Part shown: piece by piece, positions 25,901-36,787 of the stretch
Layout of the letters: every line of letters begins with the position of its first letter
How positions within the stretch are numbered: position 1 is the stretch's first letter
Origin: Octopus vulgaris
Lineage: Eukaryota
Assembly: GCA_951406725.2 (NCBI GenBank)
Contig: OX597814.1
Location: forward strand, 135,532,001-135,596,000
Reading direction: 5' to 3'
DNA: 64,000 bases
Made by a program: the position numbers and the translations under genes
The notes under the pieces: generated by a model
What the model saw: the letters and a program-made list of their open reading frames with translations, nothing else
The model's database searches: none
What the model was told of the DNA's origin: nothing

Positions 25901-28900
25901 TTGAAGAAACTCAGTTTATCATTCCCATGTTTTGAATACTGGAGAATTTCGAAATGCTCCTGGCAAGTCAAATCAACAGCTTGCTTTAAATTTCTGATTG
26001 GAGCCATTCCATATCACTTTAATTTCTAATGTTCTTAAGAAATGGTTGAACATCACAAAATTCCATTCCCTGTTTTTCTAAGACAACATGTCTTTGTAAG
26101 AAATTACAAATTTCCAGTTTTCTTCCTTTCAGGCTACTGAAGCAGCTATCAGTTTCCAAAGGTGGGATTATCGTTGGCGGCCTATATCTCAGGAAAGTAA
26201 GTACACCCATAATACACACTTCTTGATGTACAGAATTTTGAAACTGTTAAACTACATCAAATTTTGAAACTGTTAAATTACACAAAATTTTTCAACTTTG
26301 TTTCAGTGAAATTACGGAAGCCTCTAACTGGAGACGTATCAGTTATGACTTACCGTGGGCATACTGTTTTGCACACATTGATTCGTTGCAAATTCTCTCC
26401 ACGCTTCACTACGGGTCAAAGGTACATTTATTCTGGATGTGCAACAGGAAATGCATGTAGTAAGTACAAACTTTTCCTTCATTTATTTTTCAATTTAATT
26501 TTTCTCTGAAATTTCATCTCCCTTTATGATCATCCAGTTTCCACTTTAAAATGAAAATCGGTTTAGCTTACATCACTTCCACAGAACCATAGTGAGCTGT
26601 GGTAAGAAAATAAGTTGTAAGTGTTAAGACAATATTCTTCTTCTAGGCTGGTTGCACATATGTTTAGTCTACTTATTCAACTACATTTCTAGGCATTACC
26701 ATGTCAAGATATAACAGACATTACAATGTTTTATGTCTAGTCTTTTGTACATAACAACAATGATAATCAAAGACTTTTGTCTTAACAGAATACTTTTGTA
26801 AAGAAGAGGCTTTGAAAGATGTATCACTTTTTAAAAAAAAAATCTAAATTGGTTTGGTTTAGAGGAAGTGAAGGTACATGGCCTAGTGATTATAATGTTG
26901 CACCCATGATTGTAAGATCATGGTTTTGATTCATGGATCAGGTGATGCATTGTGTTCTTGAACAAAACACTTTGTTTCATACCGCTCCAGTCCACTCAGC
27001 TGTAAATGAGTAACCCTGTGACAGACTGGTACATACACACACACACACACATACATACATATGTACATACATATATACATACATATATATATATCATCAT
27101 CTTCATCATCGTTTAACGTCCACTTTCCATGCTAGCATGAGTTGGATGGATTGACTGAGAACTGGCAAGCCAGTAGACTGCACCAGGCTCCAATCTCATC
27201 TGTCAAGGTTTCTACAGCTGGATGACCTTCCTAATGCTAACCACTCCAGGAGTGTTGTGGGTACTTTTTATGTGCCACCGACACAGTAGCCATTCAGGTG
27301 ACAATGGCATTGATCAGGCTTGAATGGTACTTTTTACATGCCACTGGCATGGGTGCCAGTCAGGTGGCACTGGCACCAGCCATGCTTGAATGATGCTTTT
27401 TACATGCCGCCAGCACAAGTGCCAGTCAGGCAAAATATATATATATATATATATAAATTAGAAAAATTACTGATGATTAAGTAAATTTCTTTCTGTATCT
27501 TTCAATAAAACTAATTTTAATATTTTCAGTTTATGATGTTCTTACTGGAGAAATCGTGACAAAACTGTCCAATTGTCACAGCACATGTGTACGAGATGTC
27601 TCATGGCATCCCACGAAAAACACAATAGTAACCACCTCAGTAAGTAAAAATTTATTTCTTTTGCATTTGACTTAAGTGATTTACTTTCTAGGTGCATGAA
27701 TTACAGATAGCTTGTCTGCTGTGAGATGATAATTAAATTTCAATCTACTTGAAACCCACTCCTGTCTTTTGGCAACCATGCTTGGTGAGGTCTTTCACCC
27801 AGCTATCTAACTTCCCTTCAGTTGACCGTTTTAACTACTTTGACAGTCTCTAAGTCAAGATAGCACCAGAATAATGTCATTTTAACCCTTTTGATACCAA
27901 CCTGCCCAAAACCACTTTTGCTTCTATGATACAAATTGCATTTTAAAGTTATCTAAATTAAAACTTTCTCTCAAAATTCCATGTTAATTTATGTTCTAAA
28001 CACAGCCTTGATAATCACCATCACCATCACCATCATCATTCGTTTAACATCCGTTTTCCATGCAAGCATGGGTTGGACAGTTCAACCGAGGTCTGGGAAG
28101 CCAGGAGGCTGCACCAGTGTTTCTACAGCTGGATGTCCTTCCTTACGCCAACCACTCCATGAGTGTAGCGGGTGTTTTTTATGTGCCACTGGCAACAGGG
28201 GCCAGAGAAGGCTGGCAACGGCCATGATCGGTTGGTGCTTTTTACATGCCACCAGCACGGAAGCTGGTCAAGGCGACACTGGCAGCGGCCACGTTCAGAT
28301 GGTGTTTTTTACTTGCCACCGGCAAAGGTATCACAACTACAATTTCCATTTGATTTTTTTGATGTTGACAACATTATTTTACTAAAAACTTCATTATTTT
28401 TTATATTCATTCAAATAAAGGTAATGTATTTTAATAGAAATATAGTAACAAAAGGGTTAAACCCTATTTCCATTATTTTAATATTAAGTAATTTTTCATA
28501 ACACCAATTTCAACCCTATTTCTTAAAAGTCTTTCTTTCTCCCTCCATCTTATGAAAATAAAAGATGGAAAGGAAAAAGGTTGCCAGTGGAGTTGAGAGA
28601 TAGAAAGGAGGAAAGTTGTAGTACAACCTGTGGCTACTTATATTTCAGATATTTCTTTGAAATAAGTTATTAAATCCAAATACAAATTCTTTTTTTATTG
28701 ATGAAAAAATGTAATGCATATATGTTTTTGGATATATCTCAAGTATATAGTTGATTTACTAAAACTTGAAAAATCTTTGTTCTATCTTGTAGTGGGACTC
28801 AACAATATGCCAGTGGTATTACTATGGCATTGAACAGCATCGAGATTTTGAAAATGGAGAATTATATTACCTCAAGTCATTTCGACGATTATTTGATTGA
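9900..28900 (+). CDS. DCAF11: DDB1- and CUL4-associated factor 11 (DCAF11/WDR23)-like WD40 protein, spliced, 5' incomplete; join 9900-9995,12332-12396,14389-14489,15373-15475,16629-16672,16839-16962,18557-18614,22394-22486,23113-23205,24305-24394,26133-26196,26307-26459,27530-27639,28793-28900
   Basis: All 14 exons have AG/GT boundaries with consistent phases: 1302 nt, 433 aa + TGA. Translation is colinear with DCAF11 motifs KAFCGIYSK, YSSWSD, HxDDVNAVxFAD.SSQILF.GGDD..CKVWDRR, GD.RYLISNSKDQTIKLWDIR, WDYRW, MTYRGH.VLHTLIRC.FSP..TGQ..IYSGC, CVRDVSWHP, SWD. Start codon exon not identified. Confidence 0.93.
11936..12169. mobile_element. piggyBac-like MITE; further copies at about 15831-16058, 23391-23593, 30941-31163, 58807-59038
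   Basis: TTAA|ccctttagcattca ... tgaatgctaaaggg|TTAA: CCC/GGG termini with TTAA TSD; at least five homologous copies. Confidence 0.88.
12332..12396 (+). CDS. DCAF11: DCAF11 exon 2
   Basis: tttcag|AGA...CT|gtaagt; REVGMGGKQCFSNGDQCAMGTL. Confidence 0.85.
13650..14140 (-). mobile_element. Most abundant SINE-like repeat, (GAT)n tail, internal ~57-bp tandem subrepeats; copies e.g. 60-247(+), 763-1230, 2408-2630, 3965-4195(+), 8213-8400, 16988-17350, 27095-27432, 28016-28370, 30160-30860, 32200-32400, 32640-32845, 34377-34590, 38285-38700(+), 59705-59995
   Basis: Shared core tggttggcattaggaagggcatccagctgtagaaac and 3' end caacccatgctagcatggaaagtggacattaaacgatgatgat, similar to the RTE LINE tail. 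Confidence 0.85.
14389..14489 (+). CDS. DCAF11: DCAF11 exon 3
   Basis: ctttag|A...G|gtaggt; YIPNMMSTVAYCKDKAFCGIYSKEGDSFLAAGR. Confidence 0.92.
15373..15475 (+). CDS. DCAF11: DCAF11 exon 4
   Basis: cttcag|AT...AG|gtaagt; DVYIRLYDTSCDEFRHIKSIRAQGFFWSILDAAFS. Confidence 0.92.
16629..16672 (+). CDS. DCAF11: DCAF11 exon 5
   Basis: gtttag|T...A|gtaagt; PDGNYVIYSSWSDC. Confidence 0.92.
16839..16962 (+). CDS. DCAF11: DCAF11 exon 6
   Basis: tttcag|TT...GG|gtaagc; IHLCNIRGDRDIHEALPLFPGRSTFCIFSLTFSSDNKEILGG. Confidence 0.92.
18557..18614 (+). CDS. DCAF11: DCAF11 exon 7
   Basis: ttccag|T...ACA|gtaagt; ANCGNFYVYDLERNQKILT. Confidence 0.9.
19061..19265 (-). mobile_element. Short RTE LINE fragment
   Basis: VWKLRDPANGQRFRDVL...DNWRFLWNNLLKATDQI, homologous to 60800-60910/61160-61230 and 1390-1530. 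Confidence 0.7.
19736..19982. mobile_element. hAT (Charlie/MER5-like) MITE; related elements at about 10027-10511 and 17699-18176
   Basis: Termini caacggtttacaacca ... tggttgagaaccactg; imperfect 8-bp TSD atataaac/ttgtaaac. Confidence 0.65.
22394..22486 (+). CDS. DCAF11: DCAF11 exon 8
   Basis: ttatag|ATC...AAG|gtaaga; IKAHGDDVNAVKFADDSSQILFTGGDDGFCK. Confidence 0.95.
23113..23205 (+). CDS. DCAF11: DCAF11 exon 9
   Basis: tttcag|GTT...CGG|gtaatg; VWDRRTLNENNPNPVGVFSGHAGGITYIDSR (WDxR motif). Confidence 0.95.
24305..24394 (+). CDS. DCAF11: DCAF11 exon 10
   Basis: ttttag|GGT...AAG|gtaatt; GDSRYLISNSKDQTIKLWDIRKFSTEEGIK (WDxR/DWD box). Confidence 0.95.
24562..24700 (+). pseudogene. Degenerate intragenic duplicate of DCAF11 exon 11 (3' part) + intron + start of exon 12
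   Basis: 24562-24592 (DYHWQPISEE) matches the last 31 nt of exon 11 (DYRWRPISQE) at 25/31 nt; the following intron start and the ttgttttag|TGAAA acceptor (KPQIQLTG vs KLRKPLTG) are also homologous. Confidence 0.8.
26133..26196 (+). CDS. DCAF11: DCAF11 exon 11
   Basis: tttcag|GCT...A|gtaagt; ATEAAISFQRWDYRWRPISQE. Confidence 0.92.
26307..26459 (+). CDS. DCAF11: DCAF11 exon 12
   Basis: tttcag|TG...A|gtaagt; KLRKPLTGDVSVMTYRGHTVLHTLIRCKFSPRFTTGQRYIYSGCATGNAC. Confidence 0.95.
27530..27639 (+). CDS. DCAF11: DCAF11 exon 13
   Basis: tttcag|TT...TCA|gtaagt; YDVLTGEIVTKLSNCHSTCVRDVSWHPTKNTIVTTS. Confidence 0.95.
27882..28459. mobile_element. Second piggyBac-like MITE family with a nested SINE (28016-28370); related copy at about 52816-53030
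   Basis: ttaacccttttgatacc ... gtaacaaaagggttaa; internal sequence shared with the 52816 copy. Confidence 0.75.
28793..28900 (+). CDS. DCAF11: DCAF11 terminal coding exon
   Basis: ttgtag|TGG; WDSTICQWYYYGIEQHRDFENGELYYLKSFRRLFD then TGA at 28898-28900; candidate AATAAA at 29658 and 30124. Confidence 0.9.
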   Translation, partial: WDSTICQWYYYGIEQHRDFENGELYYLKSFRRLFD

Positions 28901-30222
28901 TTGTAACCGTCATATGGGTTATATAAGAAACTGAACAGATGTAAATAATTAACATTTAACAGACATGGCTTTAAGCCCCTACATTTTTTTTATTGCTACA
29001 TCCATCATTAGAATAGTTATATTAAATATATTTAGACATCTCAGTCTATAAAACATATTCGTTTCAACAAATGAAATTCTTTGGGAAATTTAGAAAGAAA
29101 GCAGGCTGTAATTCTCATGAAGTGAAATATTTTAAATACCTTCTTTCAGCATAATCTGCTGCTTGAGACCCTAAGATTCCTAAAGAGTCTGAAGATATTT
29201 AAAGTATACAAAGATCTTAATTTCACTGATTCATATGCTGTTTTTGTAGAACTAAGTCTTCCTCAACTGCCAACTACTTTCTTATTTGATAAAACAACTT
29301 CAATTAGTCAAGGCTACTTTACATTTATTGTTTTGTGCAAGTTAAATGCTGCTAGAAGGTTTCAGCTTATTACATTCTTATGCAGAAACTACCAACAAAG
29401 GATTTCCTTTGTAACATTCTAAGTTTATATTGTACTGACACAACTTCCATCATGTATAGAATGGATATTTCTTTTGGTGTAATTCTGGTTTAAGCTGCCC
29501 ATATAATCTCTTGTAACATTTTTATTTTTTGGAATTTTCTGAAAACGTTTGCAAATTTGTGTTCTACACAAATTTACATGGGAATTCATATGATTCTACA
29601 TGGGAATTCATATGATTATGTAAAAAAATTTTTCCTCAAATCTTTTTTACTCCCACCAATAAATCCTAAAATTGCCACTATTTTTCAAATTTTTTCTTAA
29701 AATCCATTTAAAATATGGACAGTCTGAATTTTTTACTTAAATTCCAGCAATAGACTACAATTGGGTGCATCAACATTCCATTAAATGTGTTTATGGGGAG
29801 AAAAATATTGAATAGTATCAATACATGTTAGATTGACAAAGAAACCAGAAAGGTTTCAGATGGTTGTCAGATGTACTAAGAACAGCTAAATCGTCCATAA
29901 ATCACACAAATTTGCAAAAGTTTTCTGAAAATTCCAAACAAATTAGAAGAGTTATGAGGGGCTATATGGGGTACTTAAACCAGAATTCCACCTTTCTTTT
30001 ATTAAAACTTTTAGTTATAAAATTTAAGGAGATATGGAAGATAAAAACAATCCATGATCATCTTTGTAGCAAAATATAGCATCGTCATTTATGTGTGTCT
30101 GGAATTTCTTTCCACTATTTTTGAATAAATAAGTTATTTAATTTTGTTTGTCATCTATATCATCATCATCATTATTATGTGACATCTGCTTTCCATATTG
30201 GCATGGGTTGGATGGTTTAGCA

Positions 30223-30449
30223 GGGAGCTGGCAGAAATGTTAGCACGCCGAGCAAAATGCATAGCCGTATTTCGTCTACCGTTACGTTCTGAGTTCAAAT
30301 TCTGCCAAGGTCGACTTTGCCTTTCATCCTTTCGGGATCGATAAATTAAGTACCAGTTACGCACTGGGGTCGATTTAATCGACTTAATTCGTTTGTCTGT
30401 CCTTGTTTGTCCCCTCTGTGTGTAGCCCCTTGTGGGCCGTAAAGAAATA
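30223..30449 (+). mobile_element. tRNA-derived SINE (resembles octopus OR family) nested in another SINE; other copies 11166-11378(-), 60917-61151(-), 3485-3700(-), 36848-37062(-), 56255-56465(-)
   Basis: gagttcaaattc B box; core gactttgcctttcatcctttcgggatcgataaattaagtaccag; aaagaaata tail; flanking duplication gtttagcagggagctg; TSDs ctaaatttct (60910/61153) and gcttctta (11162/11380) on other copies. Confidence 0.85.
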
Positions 30450-31214
30450 GGTTTAGCAGGGAGCTGTCTGTTTTGGCATGGTTTCTACAGATGGATGCCC
30501 TTCTTAATGCCAACCATTTAACAGTGTGCTGGATCATTTTTTTTTAACATGCCACTGGCATGGGTGCATTTACACAGCACTGGTATGGGTGCGTTAACAC
30601 AACACCAGTACAGGTACTTTTTAAGTGGCACCAGCACCCAAAAGGACAAGCCTGTATATGTGGAAGACTGATTTTATTTAGCTTGACATGTCTTATCAAG
30701 TACAGCAAATCAGCACATCTCCTGGTCCTTTGTCATTTCCTCAGTGAGGCCAAGCATCCGAAGATCCTTTCTCACCACTTCAACCCACATTTTCCTGGGT
30801 CTACCCCTTCCACAGGTACCTTCTACAATTAGAGCTCGGCACTTCTTTATGCAACTGTCAGTAAGTAAATTTGCTATCCTATTGAAATTCTCTTATCCCA
30901 AGTATTATTTTAGTGGCTGTTAAAAGTTGGAGTAAATCCTTTAATCCTTTAACATTCAAACCAGCCATATCTAACCCAAAATATTCTGTTATGGTCAAAC
31001 TGGCCAGATCTGATCTCTCACACCTACCCTACAATGTTATTCTTAAAATAAATAATCACAACATTGAAATCTTGTAGCTACAACATAATGCATGATTAAT
31101 TCAAAACAAAGTGGATAAATGAGCTTTATATTTGACAGAGTAATCTCAATGCTAAATGGCTAAAGGCCCATTTGTAGCATCTATGGATCACTGTTTAGCA
31201 GAAACAATAAGTTC

Positions 31215-31309
31215 ACTAGTGTAGCTAGAGTGTGTGCTACCCTTGGGCTCCCACAAAAAAGTGGTGTCACTCGGGGCAGACTGCTCCCTTCCCTCTAGCT
31301 ATGCTAGTC
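31215..31309. mobile_element. Very short MITE-like element
   Basis: actagtgtagctagag ... ctctagctatgctagt inverted termini around a GC-rich core. Confidence 0.45.
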
Positions 31310-34300
31310 AATAGGTTATGATACAATAGATTAAACAGGAGATAAATTTGTTACTGGATGAAGCTAGTCTGTTGCACACATTTTTCTGGAATATCTTGTC
31401 ACCCATTCTTTTGGGTTAGGTTTACAGAGTCAATGTAGAACAGTGTTCTGTCTGAAACAAAATATCTACAACAGATTTTAAGACATGATCTACACGTTTT
31501 CAAGAGCAAACTGAAATAATATCAAATCAAATTAAAAAAAAAAAACTTGAATCTAGTTGAAATAATCTCAAAGTTAATTATAATAATCTCAGAGCAAATT
31601 AAACAGTAGATCATCATTTTAATATCCACTTTTCCATGCTCACATGAGTCAGACAGAATTTGTTGAAGCAGATTTTCTATGTCTGGATGCCCTTTTTGTC
31701 TCCAATCCTCACCTATTTTCAAGTAAAATAATATTCACCTATGACTGGACATGTTTTCATGTAAGACTGGAAATGAAGGAAAATCACTTGCAGGATAGTG
31801 ACACTCGTTTACAACTACACATGAAGGCAAGGAAACAGTAACACACACACACATATATATGACAGGCTTCTTTCAGTTTCTGTCTACCAAATTCACTTAC
31901 ATGGAAGGCTTTGGTTGACCTGGGGCTATAGCTGGAGACACAATGGAATTGAACCTAGAATCATGTTGGGAAGCAAACTTCTTACCACACAATTTTTTTT
32001 TGTCATTGATATATTGTTTTGTATTATTTACATGTCTTCCTTTTCCTATTATTTTCTAAAATAATAAAATAGTTCGCTTTCAGGGTATACATGTAATAAC
32101 AATCTGTTATTTAAAACCACAGTAAATAATAAGCATAGTGTGAAAGTACAAAATCCAGTTAGTTTAGTATTTTGTATTGTATTTACAAAACAACATTTTC
32201 CATCATCATTTAATGTTTTCCATATTTGGCATAGGTTGGACAGTTTGACTGGAACTGGCATGTCAGAAAACTGCACCAAGCTCTACTCTCTGGTTTGATA
32301 TAATTTCTATGGCTGGATGCCCTTCCTAATGCCAATCACTTTACATAGTGTACTGGGTGCTTATTATGTGACACCAGCACTAATAAGGTCACCTAGCAAC
32401 ATGCAGAACAATACTCAACTGGTAGGGAGTAGTTTTGAGGGACAGAAAAAGAGAGAGAAGATGGCGAAAATGTGATAGGTGGGAGGGCATACACCTAAGT
32501 TACAGGGTGGTGAATATGGTGAAGTGGACCAAGGATTGGGTGAGTTCACAAGATTGCAAAAGGAAGCTGGTGATGGTAGAGGGAGGGGATATTAGGAGGA
32601 TATGTTGTGGGGAAGGTATTCAACAGGGACATATTGTGTAGCATTATCACCAGCATTTAATGTCTGTTTTTTCCAATCTGGCATGGGTTGGATAGCTTGA
32701 CAGGAACTAGCAAAACCAGGGGTGACACCAGGTTCTATAGTCTGTTTTGGCACGGTTTCTACAGCTTGATGCTCTTCATAATGCCACTTTACAGAGTGTA
32801 CTCGGTGCTCTTTACATGGCACCAATGTTTTTTCTATGTGGCACATGTATTTTAATTTTCAATGAAAGTTCAAACCTAGTTAAAAGTATTCTGTTGTTTC
32901 TTCAATTTTCATGAGATTAGTTGCAATAATTTATGGCTAAAATTTTTCATGAAATTCTTCACTGAATTTGAGACTGGCAAGCTGTCCACATTCAATTTCT
33001 GAAAGGTGTTCAGAGAAATGCAATGGTTTGCTTGTGACATTTTTTTCTCTCTCTCAATACCCTATCTTGAACAAAAATTGAGTTCAGTTCCTTTAGCAAT
33101 GAGTATACTGTTGCCATGCACAAACCAACCTATTTTGTACTAGCCTCTACTATGATGGATCTATTTCTCCATCAAAGAATGAAACTTGCAACAACTGTAA
33201 AGAGGTTGCACATTTTTGGCAAACATGTCAGTCAAAAAGAGCTGCAGCATCATTATCTACAATTCTTCCTATAACAGGGACACAACAAGGAAATGGACTT
33301 GAACAATGCTAATCAGCAAATATATGGCTAATCAATATATTGATACTTCAGTTAGTGTTACCAATCTCTCATTCTCAACTTTGCAGGAATATCTTTAAAC
33401 TGTTCTGGCAACTCAATCCAAACAGATGACTTTAATCATTAATATGAACCATTACAGAATTTTTATGTTGTTCAATATATTCCAACTTTGGTGACCACCA
33501 TTTTTTTTTTTTTTTTTCTAAATTTAATGACTTGAAACTAATTGCTACTAAATCATGCCACTTTTTCCTATTTGATAAAAGGACAAAGAAAGATATTAAA
33601 TGGTTTTTTTGATGATGACAATATTGAGTCCATAGTCTTTCCATTGCAAGCATATGTGGTAGCAGTAAGAAACAGTAGCAAAACAATATATCTTGTCTTG
33701 ATTTACAAACAATAAATTACTACTGCACTGTAGAAGCCTGTCTGCTTCCTAATACTGAAAATCTCGTGTTCTATTCTCAACAATAAATTCCACAGCAAAC
33801 TGGATCTAAAAAAAGCATACCATTATATTCCAATCCAAAATGACGATAATATATATATATACTGCATTTGAAGTTGATTGAAGGTTTAGTGTAACTAATA
33901 CTGCAAGTACTTTTCAAAGAACAATAAATAGTTATTGACTATCAAAGGCATTTACACCTATCTCAGTGTAATTGTCATTGGCAAAACCATTTACTGCCTG
34001 TACATTAAGAAATATACAGGCAGTGAATTTCTCCAGCATTTTAGCTTGCATATCTTTAACACATGCCTCAATTTCATTTTTTTTTTTTTTTTACCTCATT
34101 CAGATTATACTGGTGCAGATTTATCAGTTTATTACTCTCTCTTTTTTCTCTTATCTATTTGCTCTACTAATGGCTAAAGGCAGTCAGAGATTAATGTCGT
34201 ACATTGTGCATAACAATATCAGTGACATTAAAGGATGATTTTTTTTTTTTAAATCAACTTATTCAAAAAGGGATCCTATTGGAGTAGGAAGACTGAAACA

Positions 34301-34983
34301 GCAAATTTTGAAAATGATATTGGTATGATGATGAAATAAAGATTTCAATTAGTATTTTATTTATCTAACATAAATATCATCATCAACATTTAACATCTAT
34401 TTTTCCATACTGGCATGGATTGGATGGTTTGGTAGGACCCGGCAAACCATAGGCCCACATCAAGTTCTAATGTCAGCTTTGGCATAGTTTCTATGGTTGG
34501 ATGCCCTTCCTAAGGTCAACACTTTACAGCATGTTCTGGGTGCATTTTCCCGTGCTATTGGCACAGTGAGATTGCCAAGTAACTTGCAAGGCAAGAAAAG
34601 AAGGAAAAAAGGGGGGAAGGTAAAAGAAAAAAGCCTCCTTGACTAAATGGAGGTGGTAATATTTGAGGAGAAGAAGGATGCTGGTTCTATGCCAGGTGTT
34701 GACAGGCTATTTATTGTGTGAGGGATAACAAGCCCAGGTGTTTTGCTTTAGAGATACAAGGCTACCCTGCATTATATAAGGGTATTGGAAGTAACTGGAA
34801 AGCTGGAACATCAAGATATGAGGTGGATGTTAGAATACAGACAGTGGATTGTGGGTGATGTAGAAGGAAAAGAATTTTCAGAGTGAAATAAAGATTTTTA
34901 CATAATTGAAATATATTTAGTCTTAAAAGCTATATACAGATCAACAATAATTAAATGTAATGGAATAAAGAACAAGAATGAAA

Positions 34984-35534
34984 TACAAGGGGGTGCTGAA
35001 AAGTTCCTGGCTTTGGGTAAAAGAAAATACAACAGGAGGATCAGTTAATTATGATTTTATTCAACATATTCCACTGTCAGATTCACACACGGCAGCAGTC
35101 CTTCAGTCTTTCTAAGTCCAATAAAAGAATTTGGAAGGTTAGACCTCTAACCAGGCCTTTCAGATCAACAATAATTAAATGTAATGAAATAAAGAACAAG
35201 AATGAAATACAAGGGGTTGCTGAAAAGTTCCTGGCTTTGGGCAAAAAAATAGATTTATATATTTTTTGTGTATCCAAAATTGTAAAAACACGGTTATTCA
35301 ACATGCTTGATACATTATAGAAAAATATTTTTACTTCCCCCAATCTCTTAAAAACTTGACCAAAATATATGTCTTGTTAGAATTATCACTTTCTATTCCC
35401 CTCTCAGATTCACACACGTACGACAACAGTCCTTCGGTTTTTCTTAGCCCTGTAAAAGAACTTGGAAGGTTAGACCTCCAACCAGGCCTTTCATGCTACC
35501 CTTAAAGCCAGGAACTTTTCAGCAACCCCTTGTA
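34984..35534. mobile_element. Tc1/mariner-type MITE, locally duplicated and rearranged
   Basis: TIR tacaagggggtgctgaaaagttcctggcttt (at 34984 and 35208) and its reverse complement ending 35534; TA flanks. Confidence 0.85.
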
Positions 35535-36374
35535 TATGAAAAAAGAATAACAAAAACTAAAAGCTAATATACATAAATTTTAAAAATTTTATTTAGTCCT
35601 TTTCCTTTTCAATAAAAGGATTTTGGGATAACCTTAACAGTTTTAAAAATATCAGTCTCACTTTTTTTAAAAAAGTTATTCTTTTGATTTCAAATAAATA
35701 GTCCGTTTTGTTTTTGCTTCTTGTAAAAAATATACTCATTTTTATAAAATTCATTTGCTGGGGGAACATTTTGTATATGTTTTTTGTGTATCCAAAATTG
35801 TAAAAGCACAGTTACTCAACATGCTTGATACACTGTGAAAAAATATTTTTACTTCCCCCAATCTCTTAAAAACTTAACCAAAATATGTCTATTGTTAGAA
35901 TTGTTACTTTCTATTTTCTTCTTAAAATATTTGTTAGCTCCCCATCTTTTTTTACTCCCTTTACCTCCAATTAAAAAAAAATATATTTTTATATTTTTGT
36001 GACACAACAAAATTTAGCATGGATTTCAGCTAAGTTCATTAACAGAATGCAAATGCATATTATTATGTTACTGTGGCATCTGCAGAAAGCTATGCAATGT
36101 TGTTGAATTTTATCATATCCTTCAAAGTTTGTCAAATTTATATTTGACATTTCAGAAAAGACAGTCAATTTAACAGAAGTATCTACATTATTCAATTACC
36201 CATTCAATTCTGGTACCCACAATATAAATGTGTGTATGATAATGTTAAAAATATATTTGTGTTTTTAGATAACTGAGGGGATCTATTCACTGGATTCTGA
36301 CTGTCTGATTTCAGACTTGTATTCGCCATGTGTGCATGTACAACAGAGTCAATAACAAAGGGGTTGGTATTCAT

Positions 36375-36787
36375 TCAAACACCAACTTCTTGCTTAAAAT
36401 GAGAAGGGGTCTGATTATGATTGGTCAAGTTCCCTAATTTGAACGGGGACTCAACCTGCATACTGGAAGGTGTCATTGAAGTATCATGAGGATCCGTGAG
36501 TGTTTGATGAGGATGCTGGTCATGTATATTAACTGTGATTGAACAGTCATTAGACAGAGGACTACTGCAGGTCAGAGGTGATTGGCTAAAAGGGGAAGTG
36601 TCAAGTGAATTGCTGCTGCCAACTGTGTCTTGAAGAATTATTTGGGAATCACCATTCTGACCATTAATTATGTTCTCCACAGCTTGATTTCCAAGCTGGT
36701 CAGGAAAACTGGGATTTGATAATAAATGAGGTTGAAGACTAACTGCTGAAACCGCTGCTGAGGAATGTCCAATTTCACTATTTGCTC
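36375..36787 (-). CDS. HNF4: HNF4 terminal coding exon (Ser/Pro-rich F domain)
   Basis: ttccag|GA acceptor in phase 1; open for 137 codons to TGA; ends ...HFKQEVGV, similar to the KQE-containing C-terminus of vertebrate HNF4. Confidence 0.85.

Noticed and set aside
32880-33430. Unique-looking intergenic sequence with a ~50-codon open frame
   Set aside because: Short, no homology recognised; may simply be HNF4 3' UTR
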